A stretch of 64,000 bases of DNA. It comes from Podarcis muralis (Eukaryota). Positions 52,573 to 64,000 of this stretch are shown in pieces (the first letter of the stretch is position 1; the number at the start of each line of letters is the position of its first letter). The translations under genes and the position numbers were made by a program. The stretch lies in the NCBI RefSeq assembly GCF_964188315.1, contig NC_135660.1:46748001-46812000 (forward strand). Direction: 5' to 3'. The notes beneath the pieces are model-generated. The model did not search any database. It saw nothing but the letters and a program-made list of their open reading frames with translations, and was not told where the DNA came from.

Positions 52573-53694
52573 ATATTTCTGTGCATGTATATTAAATCCA
52601 GAGCAGCCGACACCCATGTGAGCCATTTCCTATAGTCCTCAATGTACTACACGCATGCATGGGAACTTTCACGGTTTCACCTGAAAACCAGTGTGATGAC
52701 CCCATACTGCATTTTCTGGGCATCTTCTTGCACATTAAAAATCCCAAGACAACATCCATTCATTAGCCTCACTTAGAAGATTAATTACAATGACCTACTT
52801 CTGTTTAATCTTGCTAGATTTCATGCAGTCAATTGCACATTGAGATTAATGTTATCTCCCCACAATGCCCAATGCTTTGTTTGGACTATTACATTTTAAG
52901 TTATTTATTTACTGATGGTTTCAGCAGATTGTACTGTAAAGGGTTCAGTTTATGTTGCTCTCTACAGCTAAGAAGAATAACAATGTAGCATACATACCTG
53001 TTAACAGAAATTTGGGAAACTGAGATTGAAACAGTAATGAGGGACAGTTCTAATGGGCAACATTTACCCATCACATTAGCCAGACATTAAAAGGTTCTCA
53101 CTATACTTGGAGAACTACTATTCATTATTCCTCCCCCCCCCCTTTTGCATACCTTTCTCTCTGACAAACACCTGTTTACATAGGTGAGCAATTCCTCTGT
53201 CAACCTTGATTTATAAATGCATCTATTTTAAAGGTGCTTATTCCCACTCGGAAGCCTGATGGGTTCACAGTGCAAACTTTGCCCATCATGGACAGCTATC
53301 CAAGTACACTCTGTTTGTTCTCTGTCATAAGAGATGTTCATTGCTCAAGTTATAAAGCCTTGGACGGTGTCTATCATGGAAAACTAGTTTACATTTTAAA
53401 TAGCCACCTAAATACAAGAGCTCAGGTGTTAATAGATCTCTTAGAATGCAGTGAGTTCAGGAGAAGGAAAGCAGAGAGATAATAAAATGAAGGTTTATCC
53501 TTTTAGGTGGAAGAATCCAGCTCGTCCATTGTATATCTGGACCAGGCCATAAACCAGATCTAGATGTAGAGATTGTGTTCTTAGCTCAGGATGCCTGAGA
53601 TCAGTGCCTTGAGCTGGACATCTAACAAACCAGTATTATTTCGCTTGAACAGGCACACCTGTCAATCATAGTGAGAGGAGCCAATGTTGCATAA

Positions 53695-54057
53695 AGGTAA
53701 AGGTAAAGGTACCCCCGCCCGTACGGGCCAGTCTTGACAGACTCTAGGGTTGTGCGCCCATCTCACTCAAGAGGCCAGGGGCCAGCGCTGTCCGGAGACA
53801 CTTCCGGGTCACGTGGCCAGCGTGACAAAGCTGCATCTGGCGAGCCAGCGCAGCACACGGAAACGCCGTTTACCTTCCCGCCAGTAAGCGGTCCCTATTT
53901 ATCTACTTGCACCCGGAGGTGCTTTCGAACTGCTAGGTTGGCAGGCGCTGGGATCGAGCAGCAGGAGCGCACCCCGCCGCGGGGATTCGAACCGCCGAAC
54001 TTTCGATCGGCAAGCCCTAGGCACTGAGGCTTTTACCCACAGCGCCACCCGCGTCCC
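53695..54057 (-). mobile_element. Sauria SINE, full length, young subfamily
   Basis: aggtaaaggtaaaggtacccccgcccgtacggg...gcgccacccgcgtccc. TSD caatgttgcataa on both sides. Confidence 0.95.
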
Positions 54058-55456
54058 AATGTTGCATAAGATTGTGCAAAAAATCCATTAATTTCTCTGT
54101 TTACTTGGCTTTTTAAAATTACCCTATTCTCCTTGTTGAGAAATGATTTCCTAGGTTTGGTTTCTTAGAAACATAATTACATTTCTTTGCCATTTTGTCA
54201 GACATCTTGTTTATTTTTGTGCTTTTAAATGACAACTTGGAAGGGAGTTAGACAAAAGTACAAGCAGTTGCCTCTTCTGAGGGAATAAAGTCCATCACCT
54301 TTCAAAACAATATGTGCAGTGTGGTTCTCCTGCAAGGGCAAACTTCATCATTTTGGGGTGGTTAAAATAGAAATCACTTAACCTTAACCTCCCCTTGTGT
54401 TTCGCTTGCAGTGAGTCTGAAAACAGGTGAAATGACAAACATTCCCCTTGGTAAACGAGCAATAATAGATTAGCAATGAGCAACGCAACTGGGACCTTAT
54501 TTGAGCTACAATAAAGCTTAGTTGACTGGAGAAAAAAAGTACCAGGCCTCAAGAGGGGAGGGGAGAGAAAACCTTAATTAAAAATCTATTTAATAATATT
54601 GGACAACAAGAATTTGAGATAATGAAATCACAGGTACCCAAAAACTGAAGAAAGAGGATGGACCTTAGAGCAAGAAAGCTACAACAAAGAGAAGGGGAGA
54701 AAAACAACTGGAAAGGGATACAAAACAACAGACAGGCACACATGCAGCCGGAAGGTGTGGGTAGGGACTCCGAGAAGCGTGTGTGCAAACTTGAAAGGAA
54801 AAAAAGAAAGAGAAAACAAAGGGAACACAAAAAATAAATAATCAAAGTGGATGTTGCCTGTTGGAAAGAAGAAAGGAAATAGAATAAAAGGGAACAAATA
54901 AATCACATGGAAAGCCCTAGAACTGTACACAGGGAATGTGAAATGCCCCAGTACTAAAGGCCTGCCAAATAGCAACCAAATTAACACAAACCATGAAGAA
55001 AAGAAAAGAAAAAGAGTGGAATGAAAACACATTGATTGAAGTATTGATTTTAAATTGCTTGTTTGGAAACAGAAAGGGATTGGGAAGGATGCCAATAGTG
55101 CATTGGTCTTCTAAACATCCTTGTCTCCCAGGCAGATCTCACATGGCCATGTGATAACCAAATGTTTTATGCTTTTTTAAACATCCCTCCCCCAGTTACG
55201 GTGTTTGAACTTCCCTGGTGGAAAAATTCACAGTGGTTAAAATCTAGACCTGTCTGTCAAAATGAAAGATCTCTGCTATCTCTCCACCCACTCCCCACTG
55301 GAGCTCAGGGCACTGCCCGAGTCAGCTAGCAAAGCTCTCATTTGCAAAGGGAAGCAAAGCATTAGCCTAGGTATGAAGTAGAAACTAAGTAGGACCAGGT
55401 TAGCTGAAAAATTAAGTATGAGCCGCCTCAGGTTTAAATATCTTCAGTAAAAACCA

Positions 55457-55903
55457 CCGTATTTTTCGCTCTATAAGACGCACCAGACCATATGGCGCAC
55501 CTAGTTTTTGGAAGAGGAAAACAAGAAAAAAAAATATTCTGAATCCCAGAAACCAGGACAGCAAGCAGCATCGCTGCACAGCAATCCCGCTGGCTGTTCT
55601 GGCTTATGGGATAGCCGTGCACAGCCTCTCCCGGGCAAGGGGAGCCTTCATCCCCTGCCCGGGAGAGTATGTGCATGGCTAAGGCTTCCCCAAGAGCCAC
55701 GCTCCCTTTAAAGAGCGTGTGGAAGGGCAGCCCTTCTCCCTCCTCAGGGAAAAGCCCCCAAGAGCCACACACACGCTCCACGCGGCTCTTTAAAGGGAGA
55801 GCAGAGCAGAGCCTCCCAACTGCATTCGCTCCATAAGACGCACACACATTTCCCCTTCCTTTTTAGGAGGGGGAAAGTGTGTCTTATAGAGTGAAAAATA
55901 AAG
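55457..55903. mobile_element. Non-autonomous Tc1/mariner element (Tc2/Tigger-type TIRs)
   Basis: TIRs ccgtatttttcgctctataagacgcac / gtgtgtcttatagagtgaaaaata. Internal subterminal repeat tcgctccataagacgcac near 55826. Confidence 0.8.
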
Positions 55904-57151
55904 TACTTTATCTGTCCCATCAATATGTGAGGCACATCTGACAGAAGCTCAAAAGAGAGCTTTCTTGGTGGCTGTTCCCAGGCTCTGGGACATCTTATCA
56001 AGGGAGGCCCAGCAAACTTCATCTCTGCTGATCTCCTGCCAAGAGACAACAACATTTTTATATAGGCAAGCCTTTGGCTCATAAACTGATTTGGAAGTGT
56101 GCTGAAATTGGTTTATAAAAACAAAATTATTTTTTGTGATACTTTACTTAACCCAACAACTTATTTTTATTAGTTTTTAAATGTCTTTTATTATATTGTT
56201 GCTAGCTCCATTGAGAACAATTTCAAAGAAAGACGGAACAACCAACCATGGGGGCAGCTTCTCTATGAGTGGTTCCATGTATAAATACCAAGGATAAGCA
56301 CAGAGGTGACAATAAAAACCCAATGCTGAACTATAATGCACTACCGTTGAATTCAGGCAACTGTCAATATCTTGGATTACTGCTGCCACTATGCAGTCTT
56401 TGGAGTAAGTCTTTGGAAACCTTGGCTTCCAAATTGGTTGTGATGCCTTCCCAACCCCTTGCACAACATGCACAGAGGGGATCAGGCCCTACTTTGTAAA
56501 TTGCAATACAAACTAACTTAATCTTGCCCCTCCTGGTCTAAACCAGCACCTCCTGGATGTTCTGTAACCTTGGGTTGCACCAATGGTGACAGTGACCATC
56601 TGCTAACAGAGATTTCAGTCCGTTTCCAGTAATGTGTCCATTTTGCATGTGTTCAATCATAATTCCACTCTGTTTCTTCATTAACTTGTGATTTTTTAAA
56701 AAAAGAATTATGAGTACAATTTTTAATATTTATTTTGTCACAAAACGCACATGTAGATAATATTTTATCTATATGTAGCTTCTCCTAAAATATACATTTT
56801 TGCTGTATTGGATTGTATTTTTAATGCATTGTATATGATCTGTGCATTAGTCTAGGATGTGTAAATTAGGCCAGTACATTTGTGAACGAAACTAAATTCT
56901 CCTCTGGTCTTATGTACCACTAAAATGATCGGTTATTTTATAATTTGAGATTAACTACCACAATTTCACATACTTGGCACCTCAAATGTTAACCCCAGTC
57001 GCCATAAATATCTGCAAGACTATGCACAATGCTTCAGAATTCAACCTGTGGACAAGGTTACAGAACATTTCCTTAAATGACTTTCAACCCATGCCTGCCG
57101 GAAGTACCATGTCACTGACAAAAAACAACAACACCCCCTGCAGATACTAAC

Positions 57152-57310
57152 CTTCTGATCCTGACTATAGGCCAGAATCCAATCCTCCTGTTTGGGATGG
57201 AAGAGCATGCTGTGGATGTAGAAGTTCAGACGGTATTTTTGATAGGTGGCGCCTTCATCAGAACTGATCAACAGGCTGCTCTCAATCTCGGGGTCAGTAA
57301 GCAACATAAT
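57152..57310 (-). CDS. SORCS1: SORCS1 coding exon (159 bp, phase 0-0; ~human exon 4)
   Basis: IMLLTDPEIESSLLISSDEGATYQKYRLNFYIHSMLFHPKQEDWILAYSQDQK, including the Asp-box-like SSDEGATY. Acceptor ccttacag, donor gttagt. Confidence 0.96.
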
Positions 57311-59941
57311 CTGTAAGGATCAAGCAGAGGAATACTGGAGTTTAGGATGAGGATAGGCGAAGAAATAGCTAAAACCTCTAAAGCTCTAGGAAATTCTCCC
57401 CCCCCCCCCCCCATGAAAGAGTATTCGTTTTAGTGAGCGCCATGGCTGTGCAAAGCAGCACAAGCAAAGCAAACAAGTTGATACAAAACAAAGGTGACCT
57501 TCTCAAAGGCAAAGGGATTTTATAACTAAACATTCTACTTATCAGAACTTCTCCAAATACTTTTGTAATCCGGTCTACTCTAAGTTCTTCACTGCGTTCA
57601 GCATTGCTACATTACACTGCATTACAGCATTGTAATTTTGGTAGTGAATGTGATAGGACAGGTGTGCCCTATAACTGCATTTTGAGCAGGAGCTCAACAG
57701 TTTTGCATTACAGAAAACGCTGCTCAGTTTTTGGTTGGTTTCTACCGAACCCCCCTATTCTTTCCAAAAGTGGCATAGACTGAGTAAAATACTATGCCAC
57801 TGAAAAAATGAAACTTTGAGGTCACTAATGTAGTGTTACTAATTTAGAGACTGAGCACTGTCAACTGGAAAAGCAAAGGTTAACTTCTCTTCCTCTGAGA
57901 TTTCACTCATTCATTAACACATGAGCAGCACAAGAAAGAGAGGGCTGTCATCGTGATGCCAAACACATTGCTCAAAACTCCATAATAAGGGTAAAAGTGA
58001 GAGCTGAGAAGTGTCTTAAAGTGGTAAATAAATAATTTAAACTATATATAGCAGAAATTGGAAACCCTGAATGCAGACATCAATGTTTTTGGGGCAATTT
58101 CATGGTAGTCCTACATACACTATCAATATGGATAGCTGCTTGCATTTCCAGAGTGATTCCTTGTAATATAGGTTACTGTGTCACCATCAACTACTTGACA
58201 TGCCTACTGTCTTTATCTGTCTTTCTCTACAACAAAACTGGTTACATTCTCAAATGCAGGAACTTTTTCACAGATCTGGACATCATTCTAAAACACCCGA
58301 GTCAACTTGCTAAGTGAAAAGTATTTCACTCTCAGCACTTGAAACCCTGGAACACAAACAAAAGTTTGTCTTCCTTCACTGTGGAAGACTGCCATTATAT
58401 TGTTTCTCGCCCTCCCCTGGCCAAGTGTTATTAATGTTTCCCAAATCTCACTCCTAACTCACAGAAATAAGACAGGATTCAGATTGGATCAAACGAATCA
58501 CTTCAATGAGAAAGCTGTAACTGGTCATTTTAAAATGGAGAGACTGGTTTGCTCTGCAGGACTGAGAGTCGGTATATAGAGGGCACTGGACTGTCACTCT
58601 TCTATGCAATGTCACTCCAGAGCTGTGTACACATCAGGGTGCAAATGCGCACAGTTTGCACATATCTGACCCATATGATTTTATGCTGGATTTCCCCTCC
58701 TCACATTATCTGCAAATCAGGAAGATCCAAATTCAACAGGGCAAAAGCACAGACAACTGCTTGGATGAATAGGCCATGTGGATGATGTGAAAAAGCATGC
58801 ACAGATGGGATATATAAAATCTACATTAAACTGCTGTGTACACCCCATGTCCTTTCTGTCTTTCATCCATGTTCCTCTTCTGTTTTCCTCTCTACTTTGA
58901 AACTGGTCATGTCAGCCCATCTCATCACTTAATTCTGCTTTCAGGAATCCGGATAAACAAATGATAAGTATTTTAATCCGACCGGTGTCATTTCATATAG
59001 CTAACAATACAAAGACATGGAGCAGAATCCACAGAGGTGAGATGCATACATGGGGCAGAAATGCACACGCAACCAGAACTGCAGCACTTCTTTCTGGCAA
59101 AGTGGCAACTGCCTTTCCAAATGAACAACAGATTGTCTCTTTGGCAGTGGGAGCTACTATGGCACCAATATAAAGCCTTGGCTATGCATGCTCTCTGCTC
59201 TCCTGCATGCAGATATCAGTTCTTTGGATTTTGGCCACAGTTCATTGTGCCAGTGCACATGCCTGCAAATAAGCGACGCACTGAAACAACTCTACATATC
59301 TGGCTTCTCTAGGCAGAAACAGTATGAATGGTGCACAAAAAGCTCCCTCAGCAAGATGCACCCATTGGCACGGATATTAAATAGGCATATATCAGCATGA
59401 CTTCTTGTTGGATGATATATCAGCAGTGCCAATATTCAAAAAATGAACAGACAGATGGTTGAGTAATTCCATTACCTAAAACAAAATTAAAACTGATGCA
59501 TATTAGCTGTTCGCTCAGCCCACCCAACTAAGTAATTAGCATATTTGTCTGCCTATTTTACACTTCTTTTGTATAGGTATGCATGCATGGATATATGCAT
59601 GTCCATGCAAAAGCAGGCACACATGTACAGGTATAAGTGTTATGAATATCTTTATTGAGTGATGTGAATTTTCTATATTTAGTCTTCCATTTATATTATC
59701 TGATAGTGTCTCCATTCAGAATCTGTGGACTGGAAATTCTGTAGCAGGGGGCAAAAGCAAACTGTTCCAGATATCTAATCTGAATTGAAAGCCACCCACT
59801 ATAGCAGTCAGAATGCTGATAGTATGGACATCAGTGAGACCTGGTGAAATCAGTTGAGGTATATAGATCATTGCATCATCATTACAGATCGTGGCAGAAA
59901 CTTGCAGTCAAGTAAAAGCCACTGGGTCTTGTGATAACATA

Positions 59942-60281
59942 AAGGTAAAGGACCCCTGACAGTTAAGTCCAGTCACAGACGACTCAGGTTGCGGTGCTCA
60001 TCTCACTTTACAGGCCGAGGGAGCCGGTGTTTGTCCGCTTCCGCAGACAGTTTTTCTGGGTCATGTGGCCAGCATGACTAAGTCGCTTCTGGCGAACCAG
60101 AGCAGCGCACGGAAATGCCATTTACCTTCCTACCGGAGCGGTACCTAATTATCTACTTGCACTTTGACGTGCTTTCAGACTGCTAGGTTGGCAGGAGCTG
60201 GGACCGAGCAATGGGAACTCACCCGTCGTGACTGGCAAGCCCAAGGCTCAGTGGTTTACACCACAGCGTCACCCATGTCCT
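59942..60281 (-). mobile_element. Sauria SINE (older subfamily, like 1756-2123)
   Basis: aaggtaaaggacccctgacagttaagtccagtc...cacagcgtcacccatgtcc. TSD tgataacataa. Confidence 0.92.
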
Positions 60282-61474
60282 ATGATAACATAATGACTAA
60301 CAAATAAGGATGGCATAAACTTTTGTGGACTTGTATCTGCTTCATCAAATGCATGAAGTGGTGTGCAAAGTTTGATGGTTATACACATGATTGTGAAGGG
60401 GAAATAGTTGTCAGTGGTGAGTTCAGAGGAAAGTGAAGTGTAAAAGCTGAGGACCGTACTGGTTACATTAAAGTTTTACTATATACAAAGTCATTCATGA
60501 TGTTTGTAACAACACAAACCATTCTCAGCCTTATTTATTTGTGACAATCCTCCTACTGTTTGCAGTAGACAAGAACATGGGGGTGGGTGAGAGAAGAACC
60601 ATGCACACCCCTTGTCAGAAAGAATGCTTAAAATAGAGCCCATAAAAAATGGAATTTGGTAAGATTTAGGACTCATCCAGACTTTTGTGTTGTGTTTCTA
60701 AGTGCAAGTCTGTGTCCAAGCAGGGGGTTTTCTATCCTGTGCTTTCCCTGGGGGGAAATTCCACATTTTACTATTGAATTGGAGCAAACAACATTTGGGT
60801 TTCTTTGAGGTTTTTTAAAATACAAAAGTTAATGTTTTGAACTTGCATCTCCTGAATTATGAGAATCATCCCCTTCCAAAGGAGGCACTAAAAGGAAGTC
60901 TGCCTGAGCCTTAAATAGACCAGACTTCAGAAATCTAGTAAAGAGGGGTCACACATGTCAACACCTCCTGTAAGTAAAAGAAAAATAGAGAACAGGAAAG
61001 GTTGGGAGGGTGTTTTATTTATTTATAAGATTTCTTAGTGGCACTTTGCCATAAGGTCCCTGGGTCAGTTATGCTATTATATACAGTCATTAAAAACAGA
61101 TAAAATTGTTAAAATTATAAAGCAAGTAAAACTGTTTAAAATGGTCCTACCAAGCACAAGATCATAGCTGTCACATTCCAAGCTAAAGAAATGCATCTTC
61201 AATATACAGCAAAGCTATACTAAGAGGATGCTAGATGCACCTCTGGGGGAAGAGGTGTTTCAGTGTTGTTGACAGAGAAAGGCCTCTCTTTCTTCAGAAA
61301 TACTTGCAGGTAAATTTATAACAAGTCATATGATTAGTTAACTAATATATTTAATATCCCTGCCACAAATTCAGGGGAAGGGACTGAATACATGGACTAT
61401 ATTTCTTTTCTAATTCAATCATATGCAATCCTGTATGCAGGAAGGCTGAAAATACTGAAAGACTATGGTAAAAA

Positions 61475-61623
61475 CAGTGTTTTTTTTCTGGGGGGGGGAT
61501 GCAGGGGAACACATACCCCTTAAAATTTGTGAATCTAAGTTTGATCTCATTGAGGGGCAGTATTTCAAAATCAGTAGGAAAATGAGAGTACTCCTAAATG
61601 GTTTTTAAAGAAAAAAAGCACTG
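61475..61623. mobile_element. hAT MITE (same family as 26305-26454)
   Basis: cagtgtttttttt...aaaaaaagcactg. Perfect 8-bp TSD ggtaaaaa (61467-61474 / 61624-61631). Confidence 0.88.
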
Positions 61624-62149
61624 GGTAAAAACAAACAGAAACAAAAAGGGATAAATATTTTACTTGAACAATGCAAATTACTCTATCAGACATTTTGCTC
61701 TGGCTTTTGCCACATTTGCTGGATACTGGCTGAGAAAGTAATTTCTGAATAATATGCTGCGCTGCTAATTGATAGTAAGCACTTCCCAAAGAGAGTATAA
61801 AGCAACATGAGTGACATCTGTCACTTTGTTAATGATCTAGTTTTATGTGCAGCCATGCTGTAATAGATGAAGCAAATGATGGAAAGTTTGGGGTTTTTTC
61901 CCCTTTGTTATTATGTTTGGAAATTCTCTTTATTGTGGTAATTTGTGGCTATATTTCTATGCATGCTTGAGTTACAAACCAATGGGTACTTTCCTCAGAA
62001 TAACTGTACCTGAACACAGAACAGTATATTCAACTGTGAGTATACGCTATATTTTTGTGCTTTTCATTTTCTCATCTAAGTTTGCACAGGATAGCAGCTC
62101 AAAAACTGGGCTTGCATGTACAGCATGGAAGTCTCCAGTTAAAGACGCA

Positions 62150-62447
62150 TTTCAAAAGGAACATCTGTTCAAAAGGAACAGACCAAACAGGAAGGGAGGA
62201 GTACATAGCAGCATTATACAGGTATATAAAAGGTGTGTGCAGTTGTGAAAAGATCCGTGACTCAGAGCATGGAAGGCAGATTGAGAGTATAGGTAAAATT
62301 GGTAGGAGAGGGAAACAGTGACCTTGCTGTGGGTGTCTGCTATAGACCTCCAAGCCAGACTGAAGACTTGAGTGCTGCCTTCTTACAGCAGATTACCAAA
62401 CATTGCAAAAGGAGATAGCTAGTAGTCATGGGAGACTTCAGCTACCT
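62150..62447 (+). mobile_element. CR1 ORF2 APE-endonuclease fragment, degenerate
   Basis: Frameshifted HLFKRNRPNRKGG...IESI...DLAVGVCYRPPSQTEDL...F...VVMGDFSY, typical of CR1 endonuclease. Confidence 0.75.
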
Positions 62448-62549
62448 CCAGGGCCTGATGAGCTGCACCTAAAGGTACTAAAGAACTTAGTGGATGTTTG
62501 ACAAAGGAAGTCTCACTGAAATAAATAAGGCTTAGGTTGGGGGTGGATA

Positions 62550-62680
62550 CAGAGCTGTTTCCCAAACTTGGGTTGCCAGTTGTTTTTGGACTACTACATT
62601 TCCCATCATCCCTGACCACTGGTCTTGCTAGCTAGGGATGATGGGAGTTGTAGTCCCAAAACAGCTGGAAACACTGATAT
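62550..62680. mobile_element. Palindromic MITE fragment (cccatcatccct / agggatgatggg)
   Basis: Same fold-back core as 30770-30910. Confidence 0.7.
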
Positions 62681-62827
62681 AGTGGAATCTAATATAGCTT
62701 GCATATGTGCTTTTCCTTTACAGAATTAGTGCATTCTTTTCTGAGTTCTGGGACCCTTTCCCATTGCTTCACGATGGAAAGGAATCCCCAAGTGCATTTG
62801 GGGCACAGCTATGGTGAGAAGAAAAAC

Positions 62828-62881
62828 CATGGGACATATTACAAGTGTATGTTACATGGGACATATTACAAGTGTATATTA
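62828..62881. repeat. 27-bp tandem duplication
   Basis: catgggacatattacaagtgtatRtta x2. Confidence 0.9.
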
Positions 62882-63828
62882 CTAGGTGGAATGGGATCTT
62901 TTTAAGAACAAGGGCATTTGAGAAGAATATTGTGAGAGAACATGTTATAATGAGCCATATAAGTCTATGAACTAGTCTCCCAGAGGATGTGGATATACGA
63001 TTCGGTGTTTATGAGGCTTAATAAAAATAAATGGAGTAGAAATTCCTGCAGCTACGGATCTCCCTGTCTGTGTAAATCCCTCATTCCCCATGGGTTAAAA
63101 CCTACTCAGCAGCTGTCTTGCCATCAGTTCACCCATCCTCACAATGTTCTACAGATAATGAACTCTGTGTCACCCTGGGCAAATCTCTTGTTAATAATCT
63201 TGGCACCATCCGTGCATACTCCAGCCAGGTCCAGCCATTTTTATGTTCACTTTGTAATGTAGTAAGTGATGCATCCAGACCTTGCTGCAAGGAAGGCTGC
63301 ACTGGTACAAGGAGCACTTAACCTCTTAGTAACTAGAAGAAGATGCCAAAGATTGTCCACAGAACATTGGAAATAGCAGGAGGGCAAAGGAAAGGGGTGC
63401 TTATTCTGGGAAGCTGCCAAGTCCCACCAATTTCCTTCTTTTTTCAGATGATAAATCCAGCAACGCTGGACTGACATGGGGCTGTAAACACAATTCTGCC
63501 GTAAGGTAAAAAAAAAAAAAAGAGCAAACAACAATAAACAAAAAATTTTTTTTTTACCAAATACCTAGGTAAAAGCAAGCACAAGACATTCAAACAGATT
63601 AAACAACCAACCACCTGAATAGCTCACACCCTATTTTCTGCTTATGATATTCCACTCCCTCTCTCTCTTTCACTCAACCAGGGCCTCACTCTGTGCCTAC
63701 AGACTCTCACTCTTTGACTTCTGAGTAACTTAGCACCTTTTGTTGCTCTCTCCAACACATCCAGATTCTCACTCTGGCATGAACTGTTGCGCTGAAGCAG
63801 CTACTGCAAAAAAGGGGGATAAAAATAA

Positions 63829-64000
63829 TTGTTGTTGTTTAGTCGTTTAGTCGTGTCCGACTCTTCATGACCCCATGGACCAGAGCACGCCAGGAACTCC
63901 TGTCTTCCACTGCCTCCTGCAGTTTGGTCAAACTCATGTTGGCAGCTTCGAGAACACTGTCCAACCATCTCGTCCTCTGTCGTCCCCTTCTCCTTGTGCC
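63829..64000 (-). mobile_element. BovB (RTE) LINE 3' end, continuing beyond the window
   Basis: Minus strand: ggcacaaggagaaggggacgacagaggacgagatggttggacagtg...ccatggggtcatgaagagtcggacacgactaaacgactaaacaacaac. Confidence 0.9.

Noticed and set aside
55434-56082. 137-aa and 112-aa ORFs
   Set aside because: They overlap a non-autonomous Tc1/mariner element and show no transposase motifs.
5221-57310. Alternative assignment to SORCS2, SORCS3 or SORT1
   Set aside because: The exon peptides (LLTDPEIESSLL, LTSGGRPHYYVSYRRNAF, GVYFTLALEN) and exon sizes fit SORCS1 as I recall it. A BLASTP would confirm.

Overview
Vertebrate genomic DNA, not prokaryotic. The repeat content (Sauria SINE, Squam-type SINEs, BovB, CR1, L2) points to a squamate, probably a lacertid lizard (inference). 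The whole window lies inside one minus-strand gene, SORCS1 (VPS10-domain sorting receptor). I located six consecutive coding exons by hand: 159, 74, 65, 119, 90 and 180 bp. All have AG/GT boundaries and compatible phases, and they correspond to human exons 4-9 (numbering from memory). The rest is intron, rich in SINEs, LINE fragments, hAT and Tc1-mariner MITEs, a solo LTR, microsatellites and two N gaps. The most unusual structure is a young, internally deleted Ngaro-type (DIRS order, tyrosine-recombinase) retrotransposon at 46424-48230. It has split direct repeats A1-[SGNH hydrolase]-B1-A2-B2 and a recombinase-like TTTG crossover core at all three junctions. A divergent solo A-B relative sits at 38681-39489. 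Comparing the two exposes conserved candidate cis-acting RNA elements. A complex templated-insertion scar lies at 30127-30926. Ngaro elements are a known class, so only the specific cis-elements and local events are candidates for novelty. I found no evidence of a wholly new biological system.
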